From Eledone cirrhosa (Eukaryota): a stretch of DNA of 64,000 bases. The notes beneath the pieces were generated by a model, which saw nothing but the letters and a program-made list of their open reading frames with translations, did not search any database and was not told the DNA's origin. Below are positions 1-14,705 of the stretch, in pieces; within the stretch, counting starts at the first letter, position 1, and the number at the start of each line of letters is the position of its first letter. Location: the NCBI GenBank assembly GCA_964016885.1, contig OZ024741.1, forward strand, positions 285,882,001 through 285,946,000. The letters are read 5' to 3'. Position numbers and translations under genes: made by a program.

Positions 1-759
1 CACACACACATATATATGTGTGTGTGTGTGTATGTGTGTTTATATATATATATATATTTGTGTGTGTGTGTGTGTGTGTATAAATGAGTGAGCGAAAATT
101 GGATACCGTATTTAAACATTAAGCTAAATACATGACTAAGTTAAAAGCAATATATATATATATATATATATTCTGTATTTCTTCCTCTGTATCTCTGTCT
201 TACTACTCATCTATCGCTCTCTCTCCTTCCCTGGAAGAAAGTGGCTGTGTACGCACCTGGAGAGTTGGTGGACTCTGCCAGGTTTAAAATGCTCAAGATA
301 TGCCGCATGCCACCACGACACCCTTACGATTCTATCAGAGTAAAAGAAAACGGTTAAAAGAGTAAAAGAAAACGAAACATGAAAGATGAAATGCAAAATA
401 GGCCCAAGCCTGGATTTTAACGCAGGCATGTAATTAGATAGTTCAAGGGAATGTTTCCAACGTTGCAGAAATTTATGTTAATATCTGTAACTAAACTGAG
501 TAACCTTTCTATATCAGATGTGACAGATATCGGCAATACATATAACTCAGACACTAGCACATCATACAGACATATACCAATTTCCTATTTGTAAAAGCCT
601 AATGTAATTAACGTTAATTCAACCCATGTCACCATTCAAAATTAAACCGTTAAAATAAAAATTTAAGACATGTTATATGCTGAAAGCATCATAATTCATC
701 ATATATATGAAAACATAAGATGTTTTATGCATGAAGACCTTTATATTTTTTTTATTTGA

Positions 760-1200
760 CTGTTAAATTTAAATAATCTAAAGAGTAAATCCCGTTTTCT
801 TCATGACGAGCTAAATCGTGAAGAACAGGAATATGTCCCCTTTCTTGACCCCGAGACTGTTGGGAGACAATTAGCCTCCAACAACATGAATGGCTCGAAT
901 GATTGCATCCGAGCGGACCCCGATAGAATGGTCCATTGATCAATTTCGAATTATGGCCACCACTATCAAGTAAGAACTGTCCCTCTGTCGACATTGCTTT
1001 CGCCTACGAATTTTACACATAATATGGATAGCTTAGAGGACAGTTTCTAGAGGTGAAGTTAGATGTAGTCACACTTCACACAGAACATCGTTTGTGCAAA
1101 AAGAACTTCGTAACCGCATAGTATCCCCTGTTTTAGCCAGAAGTTGCCGATTTCATTATTGGAAAAACTGCTATAAACTTTCAAAAATACTAATTATTCC
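760..1200 (+). pseudogene. Possible very degenerate Penelope-type RT thumb fragment
   Basis: Manual translation gives LNNLKSKSRF...EEQEYVPFLD, resembling the PLE LNxxxxxIxFTxExE..LPFLD motif, then IPCFSQKL in a later segment. Stops and frameshifts present. Confidence 0.3.
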
Positions 1201-2346
1201 TTTCCATGTAAAAAGTTAAGAGAGAAAATTTAAGAGAAAAAATTTAGGAGAAACTTAAAAAACAAAGTTCAAGAGAAATGTCGAACAAACGTTGCAACAT
1301 AACAGTACTTCTTGTAATCAATAATAACCAAATAACCGTCCTCTGAACGTATAACTGATAAAAGGCATCGGCACAAATTTAGACCTTAACTTAAATAACA
1401 TAATTATATTTAAGAACTAAAATCATAAATAGAAGATAAAAGAACTAAAGCCATAAAAGTATTACAAAAGAAACGTAAAATTTAGCTAAAACTCCATAAC
1501 CAAGTCAGATCAGTTTGTAATGTTATGTTTTTAAGTCATTAATCTATTTTATTAACTTCTATATCTTCAAAATGTTTATGAAGCTTGGGTGAAATTACAT
1601 CGATTAATTCCCGAAAAGAGCTTTACTTCTTTTATTTTTGCTACTGCTACTATTTTTAGAGAGTCAATGTATTTTTCTACTAAGCAGTGAAAACAAATTA
1701 CACAACATAGCTATTGTTAATGGATCTAGGAAGATGTTGAAAAACACAAATCATGATTTCACACAGTTGCATTTCAAAGATATTTTAAAATATACACATA
1801 TTCATTATTCTACTCACATGTGTTGTAATAAATATCTTCAACTGCAACCTTTCACGAGCAAATATAGCAAAGTGTGTAACTGGGGGGAGTAATAAACATG
1901 GTCGTGCATTAGCAAAAGGAGCAAAATTTACTACAACCAGGAATCGGAAATGTGTCCCTTCGAATTTAACAACTGCTTCTAGAATATTGATGTATTGAAA
2001 AATATTTTCGACTAAATATATTTAATGGTGGAGTGTGTATGCGCGGCAGACAATTTCTTTTGTGATTCATCCTTTTAAAATCTAACTTCAAGCTCCGCCC
2101 AATGTTGACTTCATTGTTTAATTCCAATATAAATATAAGTAGCAATAAGTAGCACACATGTACTTTCTATTTCTTTCTTCCCCCCCTCTTCTCTCTCTAA
2201 ATACATGTTTATATATATAGAGGGAGATAGACAGAATGAAAGAGTGAGAAAGAAAGAAAGAGGAATATATATATTTATGTTTATACGGTTGACGGTTAAG
2301 AGAAAAGAGGATAAAATACTGAAGTAGAGTTTTAATATTCATTTAT

Positions 2347-2436
2347 TAAGGCTAAATATTGAATTTCGCCTGTTTATTACAGGGTCATCGACTCTATGAT
2401 AAACGGGCGAAACTCCAGAGTGACAAGGCTCACTAT
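2347..2436. repeat. Short imperfect fold-back next to (TA)n, with an HHR-like GAAACTC-CA-GAGT stem
   Basis: gaatttcgcctgtttattacagggtc pairs with gactctatgataaacgggcgaaactc; taaggctaaata pairs with tatttagtctta. Confidence 0.55.
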
Positions 2437-2441
2437 TTAGT

Positions 2442-2470
<29 letters not shown>

Positions 2471-2479
<9 letters not shown>

Positions 2480-2915
2480 TAAACGGAATAGAAAATGCTG
2501 ACAAATTGTTCACAGTTGAAAAATGGTTTAATTAGGAATAAAAGAGTATTAGTGATTGTATGGGTTAGTATTCAGTTGTGGTTTAAAGTTTTTAAGTTTT
2601 TAAGTTTTTACCGGTTGCGCATTTCTAAATGCTTTTCAAAAATAATTTTGAGATAGAGTGTCCGTGCTGTTTGCTCTGATCAGAGCAAACAGCACGGACA
2701 CTCTATCTCAAAATTATTTTTGAAAAGCATTTAGAAATGCGCAACCGGTAAAAACTTAAAAACTTTAAACCACAACTGAATACTAACCCATACAATCACT
2801 AATACTCTTTTATTCCTAATTAAACCATTTTTCAACTGTGAACAATTTGTCAGCATTTTCTATTCCGTTTACCAATATATAATAACTTGTGTGTTACACC
2901 TCTATTCTTTTAACT
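2471..2915 (+). mobile_element. Spacerless ~200-bp-arm palindrome plus 35-nt tail in (TA)n; PLE-type inverted insertion
   Basis: Arms 2471-2679 and 2680-2880, centre ctctga|tcagag, differing by one 8-nt duplication. Tail 2881-2915. A single diverged copy of the right arm plus tail lies at 60722-60950. Confidence 0.8.
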
Positions 2916-3019
2916 ATATATATATATATATATATATATCGGTAAAAACCGGCAGGTTACATCCGAAGTTGATAGAGCACTTACTCCAAAGGACGAGTTC
3001 GGTATAGAGTTTGTTCCAT

Positions 3020-3500
3020 AGAGTTTGTTGAAGACACGTGGTCACTCAAGGGTGCAGACGTGAATTATTCCATTCAATGGAAGGTTCTTACCAAATCGAG
3101 GCCATTCAAAAATGGAGTGGCATCCTGTAAATTGTGCATCGATGAAAGAGAGATTATCTTACAGACGTTACGTAAGAGTACTTGCCTTAAAACAAGATTT
3201 GATTTTCTAATCGCTGCTCCCATTCTGCGAAGTTAATATTACGTAACTAGAAAGACCCAGGATGACCAGATGTTTAATACGGACTGAACAACTTCATAAG
3301 TTGTCCCCCACCAACATTAATCTAAGCGAGTTATCTCACTTGTCATTAAACTACCGATATCTGTCGCGCAAAATCCAGCAGGCTCATATGTACTTCCGTT
3401 CTCACTACAATCATACACGAGTTGAAGAATCCCTTAAATCCTCGATGCAAATATTACAATAATTGTACCGAAGTAAATATATTTGATACACAATTTACAC
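3020..3500 (+). mobile_element. Naiad-like PLE 3' fragment (GIY-YIG C-terminus plus UTR)
   Basis: Manual translation WSLKGADVNYSIQWKVLTKSRPFKNGVASCKLCIDEREIIL is homologous to the C-terminus of the 61641 ORF (YTLNWRHLAKSAPY...CNLCLLE). Confidence 0.65.
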
Positions 3501-3632
3501 TATACAGCCTGTGTATCATGTATCACGTTATCCGGACAGTAGTAGTAGCGTTGGTTGTGAGAATAGTGGTGTTGGTGTTGGTTGACATATCGACATCGTT
3601 ATTATAGTATTATTATTATTATTGGTAGTAGT

Positions 3633-5825
3633 CGGTAATAAAACCACGATTCGGTCTTTGACGGACCGAGACAGACACGAGCTGAACGATTCCAAGCGGA
3701 TGTGTGAGTCCTTTCGCCAACATTTTGCTCGGTTTTACGAGGGAAGTAGCGGGTCAGAGACGATGGCGGCCTTCAGTCCCTACCTCGATGGCTTGCCGCA
3801 ACTCTCGACGGCCAACGCTGGGCGCTGCGAAAGGCCGATTGCTTCAGCCGAGATTCAGGATGCCCTTGTCGGCTGCATGAGGCACAAGTCACCCGGTTTG
3901 GATGGTCTTCCCAACGAGCTTTACGTAAATATGCCAGACTTGGTCTCCAATCTCCTCGAAGCGCTCTACTGCAACTGGCAGCAGAACGGGAGTATTCCCA
4001 GTTCTGTGAGCCGGGGCGTAGTGACGCTGATAAGGAAAGACGAAAACAAGAGGGACACATTAGACAATTTCAGGCCCATAACTCTGCTCAACACAGAGTT
4101 TAAGATTTTAGCCAGGGTGTTGGCGAAGAGGTTGCTGCTTGTCGTCGGGGATTTGGTTGGGGAGGCCCAAACTTGTGCAATCCCAACCTGGTCCATACAC
4201 GACAACCTCCACCTAATGCGATACATCATAGAGAGGGTAGGGTGTAAACCTGGCTTCGGTGGAGCTCTGATAATTTTAGATCAATCAAAAGCATTCGACC
4301 ATCGGTACCTGGTGGCTGTCCTCAAGGCGGGTGGATGGCTGCAATGCACAGCGGCACGTGATCGGTGGTCAAACTTAATGGTCACCACACGGAACAGTTT
4401 CAGGTCTCCCGATCGGTCCGTCAAGGGTGCCCTCTCTCCTCCCTTCTATACTTATTGACTCTCGACCCTTTACTACGGAAGCTGGAGATGTTTCAGGGCA
4501 TCCCGCTCGAACCGGGACGTAGAAGGGCTGTTTCAGCTTATGTGGACGACATCACCTCAGAAATCGACGTGGTCGGCAACTTATTGGAGGAATATGAAAA
4601 GTTGACGGGAGCAAAACTTAACACGGAAAAGTCGGTGGGCTTGCAACTCGGCACCTGGAGAGGCAAGTCCATGCTGTCCAACAACGTCGTTAGGCGCTGG
4701 ACGGACGGACCGGTAAAGTTGCTCGGGGTTTGGTTCGGGCCAGACCTCCAGGTGGATAAGAATTGGGACGAGGTGACGGGCAGAGTAGCCAGTCTCACCC
4801 AGAAATGGGCTGGGAGGAAGCTATCACTGAAAGGTCGGGCGGAGCTGGCGAACGCGTACATCGCGTCCGTCATATACTATCGTCTGACCGTCGTCCCTTG
4901 CCCCCGTTCGCGCCTCGCCATCTTGGAGCGGCTCCTCTTCAAATTCTTGTGGAGGGGTCAGGTTCCGCTGGTGAGGCCTTCCATCTGCTGCCAGCACCCT
5001 CTACGTGGAGGGCTGGGCATGCCGTGGCTAATGATGAGCAGACACGCGCTGAGGCTGCGGCATCTCCAGATATTCTGCCTAAACGGTGAACAGGTGTGGT
5101 CGCCGTTTGTCATACGAGCTTTTCCGCAGCATATCTCTTTGACTGAGCTGCAGTCCGGGGTCAAGAAGAGACCGAGACTGGGTGACGGGCATCTGGAATG
5201 TTGCCAGGCACTCACTGCCCTCTACCAGGCGGGCAATGCGGTCGGTGGAACTTCCACTCTCGAGTTCTATAGAGGATTAGTGGTGGGCAAGTGCGACGAC
5301 GCACTCGGAGAAGCTCTGGGAGTCGATGAAGTTGAACTAACCAGTCTGTTCCGGAGGACTTTCGAGCCGGGGACGATGGATAATTTCCAAAAATCCCTCG
5401 CCTGGCAGTGCTACCGGGGGGCACTGCCGGTTCGAGATAAACTCTACAAGCACGGAAGTGCTGTCAGACGGACCTGCACAAGATGCGCGCAGAGCGACGA
5501 AACCGTTCTGCACGCACTCGTCCAGTGTCCGTGCATTACTGACTTGTGGAGTTATGTCGAACAGCTGTTGTCACGTGTAGAACGGATCCGGCTATCGGCC
5601 GAGTCCATAGTGAAGATCGACCCGCCGCCTTCCTTTGGCCAGGAAGGGCAGGCAATTTACCTCTGTCTGGTGGCAGTAGCGAAAGAGGTTGTATGGTGGA
5701 CGAGGTTGAAAGGACTGAAGACACACTTTTCTCTTCGGCCAATCCCTCATCAACTTTTTCAAGTTTCACTTGGAAAGGAAGGTGAGGGTGGAGAGAGAAG
5801 TGCTGCCTCCCATTACATTTGCTGA
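3633..5825 (+). pseudogene. Disrupted ORF2 (RT + zf-RVT) of the Tx1-like element
   Basis: Split into ORFs 3622-4458 and 4365-5825 by a frameshift near 4330-4365. Apparent small deletions at AFD(RVD)HRY and after YVDDIT. Endonuclease domain missing. Confidence 0.85.
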
Positions 5826-6130
5826 AAGGTGGGTGGTGTGGCGAGAATGGCCCGTGTGAGTGGGCCTACACTGGTCATGCGCCTGTATGTGGGTAAATTT
5901 GAGGAGGAGAGGGGTGCTCTCGAAGCGTCGGGTCGTTCAGGATTGGTGGGGTACCTGAGCGAGCCCTGGGTGGATAATCCCCCCAATTGGGGAATTTTTC
6001 TTGTTGTATTTTTATTGTTAAATTGTTATTGTTATTCATATTGTTTACTCGATTTTTCTGTAAAACCCCACTGTCCCAGTCTTTTGTATTGTCCCCTATA
6101 TGTCGGCCCTTGTGGCCAATAAATGAAATC
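3633..6130 (+). mobile_element. 5'-truncated L1-clade (Tx1-like) non-LTR retrotransposon with 18-bp TSD
   Basis: ORF2 RT motifs KSPGLDGLPNE, NFRPITLLNTEFKILA, LDQSKAFD, SVRQGCPLS, AYVDD; C-terminal zf-RVT CTRC...ETVLHALVQC. TSD attattattggtagtagt at 3615-3632 and 6131-6148. Confidence 0.92.
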
Positions 6131-6141
6131 ATTATTATTGG

Positions 6142-6156
6142 TAGTAGTAGTAGTAA

Positions 6157-6210
<54 letters not shown>
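6142..6210. repeat. (TAG)n microsatellite
   Basis: Read directly. Confidence 0.95.
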
Positions 6211-6211
<1 letters not shown>

Positions 6212-7060
6212 TCTCAGTTATGAAGAATAACATTTACTAAACAAATACAAGTTAACGCTCACAACCACAACAGCTACAACAGTCCTGAAATAACAAAGAT
6301 CATAAAAATTAATGAAACGATGCAGATATTGGGTAGAACTAAACTAAACTAGAAGTGAAGAAACACATTCAGTGTGTTGTGAAATTTTCTCAACCTAATG
6401 TTTATTGATACAAACCATCTAATTAAATATTAGCCATCAGCCAAGTACCTATTGTTCGTGCATGTTTCAATTTTGTGTCTATATTCCCTCAACCCATGCA
6501 TGCATGCATACACACATACATACATACATACATACATGCATGTGTGTATGTGTGTATGTGTGTAGGTATTCATGTATGCATGTATGTATGTATGTATGTA
6601 TGTATGAGAGACTGTAGGTATTTACGTTTGTCTACAAATATTAATGTATTTTATATAATTATATACACAGATATACACACATATATATCTACACACACAA
6701 TACACACACACGCTTACACACACATATATATATATGATGTGACAGAAAAAATGAGAGAATAAGAGAAGTGTGCTCAGTGAGATTTATTATGTGAGGAATG
6801 TATTTCTATTTACAGATCAGGTGGGGTTAGTCAATCATTCTTTTTCTGTAACATTACAGATATATATTTTCTGTTGTCCTATGTAATTTTAGATACTGCA
6901 TTCATAGGTATACATACACGTTTGTGTGTGTGTATGTATGGCTTGAATGCAGGTGTGTGTGTATCCATTTGCATCTATACATACATATATATGTAAGTGT
7001 ATATATATATATATTCCTATATATATATATATATATATATTCCGACGGAATTACTTCATT

Positions 7061-7136
<76 letters not shown>

Positions 7137-7384
7137 TATACACTTACACGTACATATTTATATTTATGCATAGGAACCACACATATTCTTTTCTTGTCAC
7201 ATCAGAATTATAGCACTCCACATTTTAATGTTTATAGAAGTTACAGTGGAAATTATAAATATTTATGCAAACTAAGCACCAATCATGTATATAAAAGCAT
7301 CAAATGTAAAATGTCTATTGTTATGATTTTAGTCAGTAAATATCGATAAGTTCACATACAAACGAGGACGTATACCAGATTCGA

Positions 7385-7520
7385 TAAAACGTCGCTTAGA
7401 TTGGCAGTCGGTGTTCGTTCTGGCTTTCTGCGTTCTGTGTTCAATGTCACCGGTGTCAACTTTGCTATTCATCCTTTCGAAGTCGATAAAAATTGTATCG
7501 CTCCAGTAATGGAGTCAGTT
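7385..7520 (+). mobile_element. Degenerate SINE, same family as 9060-9260
   Basis: gttcaa...gtcaactttgctattcatcctttcgaagtcgataaaa core shared with the other copies. Confidence 0.6.
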
Positions 7521-8350
7521 CTTGTATATCTTGTTTTCATTTTTACGGAGCTGCCAACTTCTAAAAGCCCAAACGGGGAATACCATGAATAAAAGTCCCA
7601 AAACGGGGAGAAATAAGGCAAAGTGGGGAGATTTTACATAGTGGGTGGGAGATCTCCCTGTCGGACGGGGATAGTTGACAGGTCTGACCCCCTCCTTCCT
7701 CCGGAAGAGATCGGCTGTGTTCAGACATGGAAAGGGGATGTGACATACTATGTTTATGGTATGAAAATATGTCATATATTAGTTCGGCACCCCTACAACT
7801 TCATATGCAATTACGGGCGCATCCGATAGGACACACACAGAAACACTCACTGTCTCTTTCTCTTTCAACCACACACATTCACACACGTATATGTGTGTAT
7901 GTTTGACTAATAATGTGATATAATCTAAATGAGATTTAATTCTTCAAGACATCAACATTTCATATAAAGTCAATTATTATATATTGGCTATGTTTTTTAC
8001 AAACGTCTTATTTATGAACTTTAATAAACATTTTTATTTAAGTACCAGAATTTCAGTTGCATTTTTCTACTCTTTGTCCATCCATCAAAATATCCTATTG
8101 TTCATTTTAAATATTGCAATTTGCACACCTTATATGAAAATGTCTCCATGTACACTAGGTTAAACAATCATTGCCTTTCTTTTCCAAGTATATGCAAATC
8201 CATTGAAGTACGATGTTAATCATATACCGGTGTAGAAATTTCGAGATATTTAAGATGTAATAGGTTTAAGAGACATTCTAGTTTTGTGCTAAACGAAACA
8301 TGAATAAATTAACATCCATGCTGCTCTATAATTACCACTTGACACTTCAG

Positions 8351-8488
<138 letters not shown>

Positions 8489-9059
8489 TATAGCTTCGGT
8501 TATTTTTCATTCTAACAGTAGTTGATATTAGACACAGCAGTTGACTTCAATTGCAAGCGGTTTTATGAAAATTAAATGTACAAATGATTTTATACTCGGA
8601 GATTTGCAATTACGAATGAAACCCAGGTTATAAATCTAAATAAATTCCTGCTTTATTTGCTGTTAAAATGTCCAAAGTATAAAACATATCACAACGTGAT
8701 GAAATAAATGAAAAAGGCATGAATAAATAATACATTTATAGTCGACACCGGCAATATTTTTCAGGCAAGTAGTAATATTTATTAATCAAATAAAATCTAC
8801 TAAATTATATATTTATAGTTCAATGTGCATGTGTTTAATATATATACAGACTTAACTATGTATGCATGTAACGCAGAATGACAGAACTAAATGCCGAAAT
8901 ATATTTCATCTGTCGCTCAGCAAAAACAACATAAATAACTGCATTAACAACATCAATAACAACGTTATCATTAATAACAAAGAAAACATTAATATTATTG
9001 GTAGAAGTATTGCTATTACTATTATTATTATTGTGAGTGTAGTGGATTGGCAGTATCGG

Positions 9060-9260
9060 TATAGCGACGGACGCCATGCTTTGCCGCATAGAGTTACGGC
9101 CCTTTACGATTCGAGTTCAAATCCCGCTGAGATTAACTTTCTCTTTCATCCTTACATGGTCGATAAAATAAAGTACCAGTCACTCACTGAGGTCGATTTA
9201 ATCGACTTTCCCCTCCCCCAAAATGGATGGCCTTGTGCTTATATAAGAAACCATTATTTT
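9060..9260 (+). mobile_element. SINE, tRNA-derived family typical of octopus
   Basis: B-box-like gagttcaaatccc, core aactttctctttcatcctt...gtcgataaaataaagtaccagt, 3' ggccttgtgc...agaaaccatt. Related copies at ~9820-10030(-), 12370-12680(+), 21190-21330(-), 23815-23940(-), 36700-36870(+), 37065-37195(+), 61220-61375(-). Confidence 0.75.
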
Positions 9261-9294
9261 TTTTTGTATTATTATTATTAGTAGTAGTAATAGT

Positions 9295-9325
<31 letters not shown>

Positions 9326-10489
9326 ATAGTAGTTTTTTTATTGTTGTTGTAGTAACTTTTCTTAGTGCGACGCTTCAGATTTAGGTAAGGGAATTGTTTC
9401 ATACGACTCCAATACTTGACTGGTGCTTTATATTTTTTCTCAACCTCTGATCGTAGTTTTACACGAACATTGGAATCATAACAAATCAGTCCGACAAATA
9501 AATAAGCAAAACGCTAATATTTACAAATATATTCATCATACAGAAAGTAACCCTTACTAACCCTGCACACGTATTACATGGGAAACTGTCAATACAACAG
9601 AAGATGCAAAACCAAAACAACTCGCAACACATGCTTAAGACATACAGAGATTCCCCTTGGAAAGCATGGAAAGCCTGCAATAAAAGTAATTGACATACAA
9701 TTATGACAAACATAAACCAAATAGAATCAACAGTGATTTTATAATAGTAACATAGTAACATGGTCAGCAATTTAGAGCAGAGCAGGAAATCAGTTATTTG
9801 AACCATAGAACTTAGGATCTACTTTAATATATTGATTCCAGAAGAATGAAAGCAAACTTGGCATTCGGCGGGATTTGGACTCAGAACATCGTACAGAATG
9901 GTATCAGTTTTATCGACCTCAAATTGATGGAAGCATAGCTAAGTGGGATTTGAACCCACAGAGCAGCAAGTCGAAACGAACACGCAAAGCTTTCTATCCG
10001 GTGTTCTAACAACTCTGTCAATTCACCCACTACTCACAATGTTGGGACAAACAAATAAACAAAAAATCAAAATAAAATGAAAAAGGGAATATAAATTTAC
10101 ATATTAAAGATTTAACATACATAGTATCGATTGCTATATAAGTATATTTCCCTGTATATTGAACATAAAACTTGTTAGGTATATATCTGTGCGAAGATAA
10201 ATTCATGCAAAGGAAAGAGTGTTCCAAATAATTGCAGTGCTGAGTCATAAAAGAAACAGGCATAAAAACATTCTTTTATCGCAATCGATATTTAGCGTAT
10301 TTTAATTATTTAATAGGTAACTTGAACTGTAAAACATTTCTGTTGTTAGACATTTAAATTCTGTCTATATTTCATATTAATCAAAACGGCTATGGCATAT
10401 CAGTATGTAATAAGAAGCTAATAGATACGCACGCACATACACATGACACACACAAAAAAAATATATATAGTTATACACACACACACACC

Positions 10490-10521
<32 letters not shown>

Positions 10522-10586
10522 AATACATATATATATATACATCTATATATATATATATATATATACATACATATATATATATAGAT

Positions 10587-10627
<41 letters not shown>

Positions 10628-10758
10628 TATATATAGATACACACACACATATATATATATATATATACACACACATATATATATATATATATACATATGT
10701 ATATATATATATATATATATATACATATGTATATATATATATATATATATATATGTAA

Positions 10759-10810
<52 letters not shown>

Positions 10811-11402
10811 AAGAATATATATATATATATATATGTAAGAATATATATATATATATGAATGCATGGCCTCAGACGAATGGCTGGAAGAGGTAAAAGAGTA
10901 ATATCTAGACTATTGTATAAGGTCTTCGTACATGCTTTCCATAAAATCTCCATCGAGAAATTCAGTTTAAATACTATAATTGTGTGATTAACATTAGAGT
11001 TACACTCCCAATTGCTCCTCTTTCCATTAAAACAAACACCATATGACAAGTTTAATTCAACGTATAGAGTGCGAAGGGAAATTGTACAAGATAATAGGCT
11101 TACTCTTACGTTTCGTTTGACGTAGCTAAGCTGGTCTTAGTTTTATGTCGTTTAGCAGATATTTCATCTTCTCCTTCTTCATATAATACGTAGTTATTTA
11201 TTGCTAACTGATTATATTTATTGGCAAGGACTATAACATTCTCTGTTCTCTAAGCAATTTCTGTTTTAAAAGCAAGCAAATGACAAACTCATTCACTGGA
11301 ATTCCATTAAGATCTCTGACGCCATCAACTATATAGATGATTTCGATTTGGGCTAACTGCGACTCTTCAACAACAATGAAGTTATCAGTAACCAGCTATA
11401 TC

Positions 11403-11450
<48 letters not shown>

Positions 11451-14400
11451 AACTTATCTTCTGACTATCTAAATACCAACCACACTATTGTTTTATTTTC
11501 TATTTACCTGGCAATCGATTAATCTGTCTGTCTGTATATGTCAATACGACATACCAGTATAGATTTATCACTGACACATATAAACGAAGATCACTAATGT
11601 ATTGCTTTTTTACCAGCAATATTGTGATTTTCTTCCATCAATCGTACCATTTCTTCTTATGCTTAGTAATCGTTTCTACATAGTTTTACTCTTCCCACGA
11701 TATTCACTCTAGATATTTTTCCTATCTTCGTTTAGATATTTTGCAGTTTATAAATCATATTTTTGCTTCTTCACGTTTACAATATTATTTAATTCTTTCT
11801 TGGCATTCTGGAATATGAATTAGAAGAACGGTTATAACGTCACTTATAATGCTTTCGTTATTTGCTGGCGTTCTAGAATGAATAGACGGGGAATTACAAG
11901 AACATTTATAATATAACATGCAATGCTTTCGTTTCGGCTCTCCGTGCCCTGAGTTCAAATCCCATCTCCACTTATAGAGCTGTGTTAGATGTAAGTACAG
12001 AGAAAATGTAATAAGACTAAAAGCGCAGGACAGAAAGGTCAGCTGATACATGTGTTTCAGTGAGCTATATTCGAAGGTTTTCTCTCCAGATTAGATGCAA
12101 TTCAAAAAATGAGAGGAAACGTTCAGTTATAGAAGCAGCCACATCTAGAACAGGTCCCAGAAGTTCTTGTTTCTTGAAAACGACCAGCCAAACTCGCCTT
12201 GTGGTTAATGCCTGGAGTCAACGACCTTGACCATAAACAATAATTCAATATTATCTCATAGAGTTGGGAGATAGCCAGGGCTGACGAACAATGGATATGG
12301 AAGAAGTTAAAAAGAATACAAAAAAAGAAACAATTGCAGAAAACAACGGACGCACGCCTGATATTATTTTCTGAATTCAAATCCCGCGGTCACTCTTATT
12401 TTTCATCCACCACCGCGTGATGGAATAAGCATCAGTCAAATAGTAATAGTGATTTCGTCACCAAAACCCTGAGTACAAACGTTGTGTCTCGTAACTCAGC
12501 TAAAAGAAATATCAATAATCAAGCGCTATTGCGTGTCAGCAACAACATGTCTATTTCGTATTACGTTTGAACTTCCTATGTTCTGAGTTCAAAAAATCAG
12601 TATACTTTACATCTCTTCAGATGTCGATTCGAATAATAATCTCTGAGTAATTTTTGGAGTTGTGCCCAATAGGAGATAATTTTAAGCAATGATTTCATTT
12701 CTCTGACATTAAGAATATCCATAAGAAATTCACCATGGCTCTCAATTTTCTATTTCACTGTTACTTTTTATTTCGTGAATTTTAACCTTTGTTGAATTCT
12801 TTCTACGCATGCCCACTCAATTACTAACTAATTTATTTCTCTGTATATATTTTTGTACTTCATCATCTCTTCCTTGTTTGTTATTCATACTGGTTTCTAT
12901 ATTCGTCTTTTCCTTCGAGAATTATTTCTATATGTTGACATTTCTTATGATCTTATTTATCTCCTCTACTTTCTTTTCTATTTGACCCAACTCTTATTTC
13001 AATAACTATGATATTTCTCTATATCCTTTTCCAGTTTAGTTTTCTATATTAGATTTATTAGACTTCTTATTTCTTTATTTATTTTCTAGCGTCTTCACGT
13101 TCTTCAATTATCTTTCTTTATTTCCTTCATTATTCATTTTTCGCTAATTATGATAACATCTTACATTTGTTTTCCTACATAACATTTCTTTTGATTTTGT
13201 CGTTTTGATATATCTTTTCTTCTCTCCTAACATATGCATCGTTTCATAATCTTTCATTTCACTATACATTTATTCATATTTCTCGTTCTGTTTGTCCCTA
13301 CCTCATTACCGTCTTAATATTTTTTATTTGTGTGTCATTTTCTTTTTTCATATTTTATTTCTAACAATTCCGGACCAGATAATCTGGTTTCAAATTCCAC
13401 ACATTACGAAACCTAATCCAATATATTTTTGTATCAATATTTAATACTTTCCACCACCGCTCTCTATATCTACTCGGTCACCTTTTTTCTTAATTCCCCT
13501 CACTCTCTCTGTAATCAAGTCCCATGTTTTCCCTATCGCATTCTCTGTGTATGTTTTTGTTGATTTTATTTCTTATTTCATTTTCGTTTTCTTATCGATA
13601 ATTTTTTTGTAGTAAGACGCAGAAATTGAGAATGTTAGAGAATTCAAGCATAGAAAAAATAATTCCAACTGGAGAAAAACAAAACATAGATACTCCTAAA
13701 ACAACGTATATAACCGCAGTATGCATGTTACCATCAATAGCTAGATATATAACTTGCGTAAATTCAATACTAAGGATAAAAAAAACTAAGCATTAAAGAA
13801 ATAAAATCAAGGCTTCTCAAAAATTCAAGATAGTCGTTCTCAAAATTGTCAAATATGCAGACGCTGAGGCTACGTGGATGATTTCATATTTTTCGCTGTC
13901 AGATTCTGTTATATCAAATAATTGCGCATGCGCATACGCATGAAATCTATACAAACAAGCAATCAACCCAGCCATGCCAACAAAAGATGAGGAAGACAGA
14001 CAACCAATGACTCAAATATTTTTTCTAGCTTGTACAATCACCGCTTCTCAAAGACGGAACATTTGACAAAAATATGAAACAAGGAAAAAGATGAAATATT
14101 TGAAACATTGAACAAATGTATATATATATATATATATATATATAAATGTTTCTTTCCTAGTTGTTCGTATTGTTAGTATATATATATATATATATTCACA
14201 GTATTGTATAATAGGCACGTAAAAATGTCCAATGTATATAGCAACAGGAGTTTGTAGGACGATTTTGAATATCATTATAGAAACAATTATTAAGGACAGT
14301 TACTACATCTGCGCCAAACCAGTTGTAGTAACTGGCCTTAATAATGTGTGTGCGTGTGTGTAATTATAATGGAATATTCCACTATTAATTTTGGAAAGGT

Positions 14401-14490
14401 ATGGAAAGCTCCATGTGCGCTTAATGTCTACAGTGGGTAATGAATTTAAAACAAACACACACACGTATATATATATATATATATATATAT

Positions 14491-14705
14491 AACGGAGGAA
14501 ATGTGGTAAGGAACCAGGTGGACCATAACGCACCAAAGTACTCAATACTTAGGGTAGTAGAGTGGGTAATAGGAACGAGTAGGACCCCGACGGCTGAGCT
14601 CAAGCCGTTTCGACGGCTAATTCTGGACCCAGAACGACGGCTAATTCTGAGTCCAGAATTAGCCGTCGAAACGGCTTGAGCTCAGCCGTCGGGGTCCTAC
14701 TCGTT

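Noticed and set aside
2471-2915. Calling the fold-backs DNA-transposon MITEs with TA TSDs
   Set aside because: Asymmetric tails, single-arm copies, HHRs and GIY-YIG content in analogous insertions point to a PLE origin.
7546-7686. Possible hAT-type MITE (cggagctgccaact / agttgacaggtctg)
   Set aside because: Only 11/14 TIR match, no TSD and no second copy in the window.
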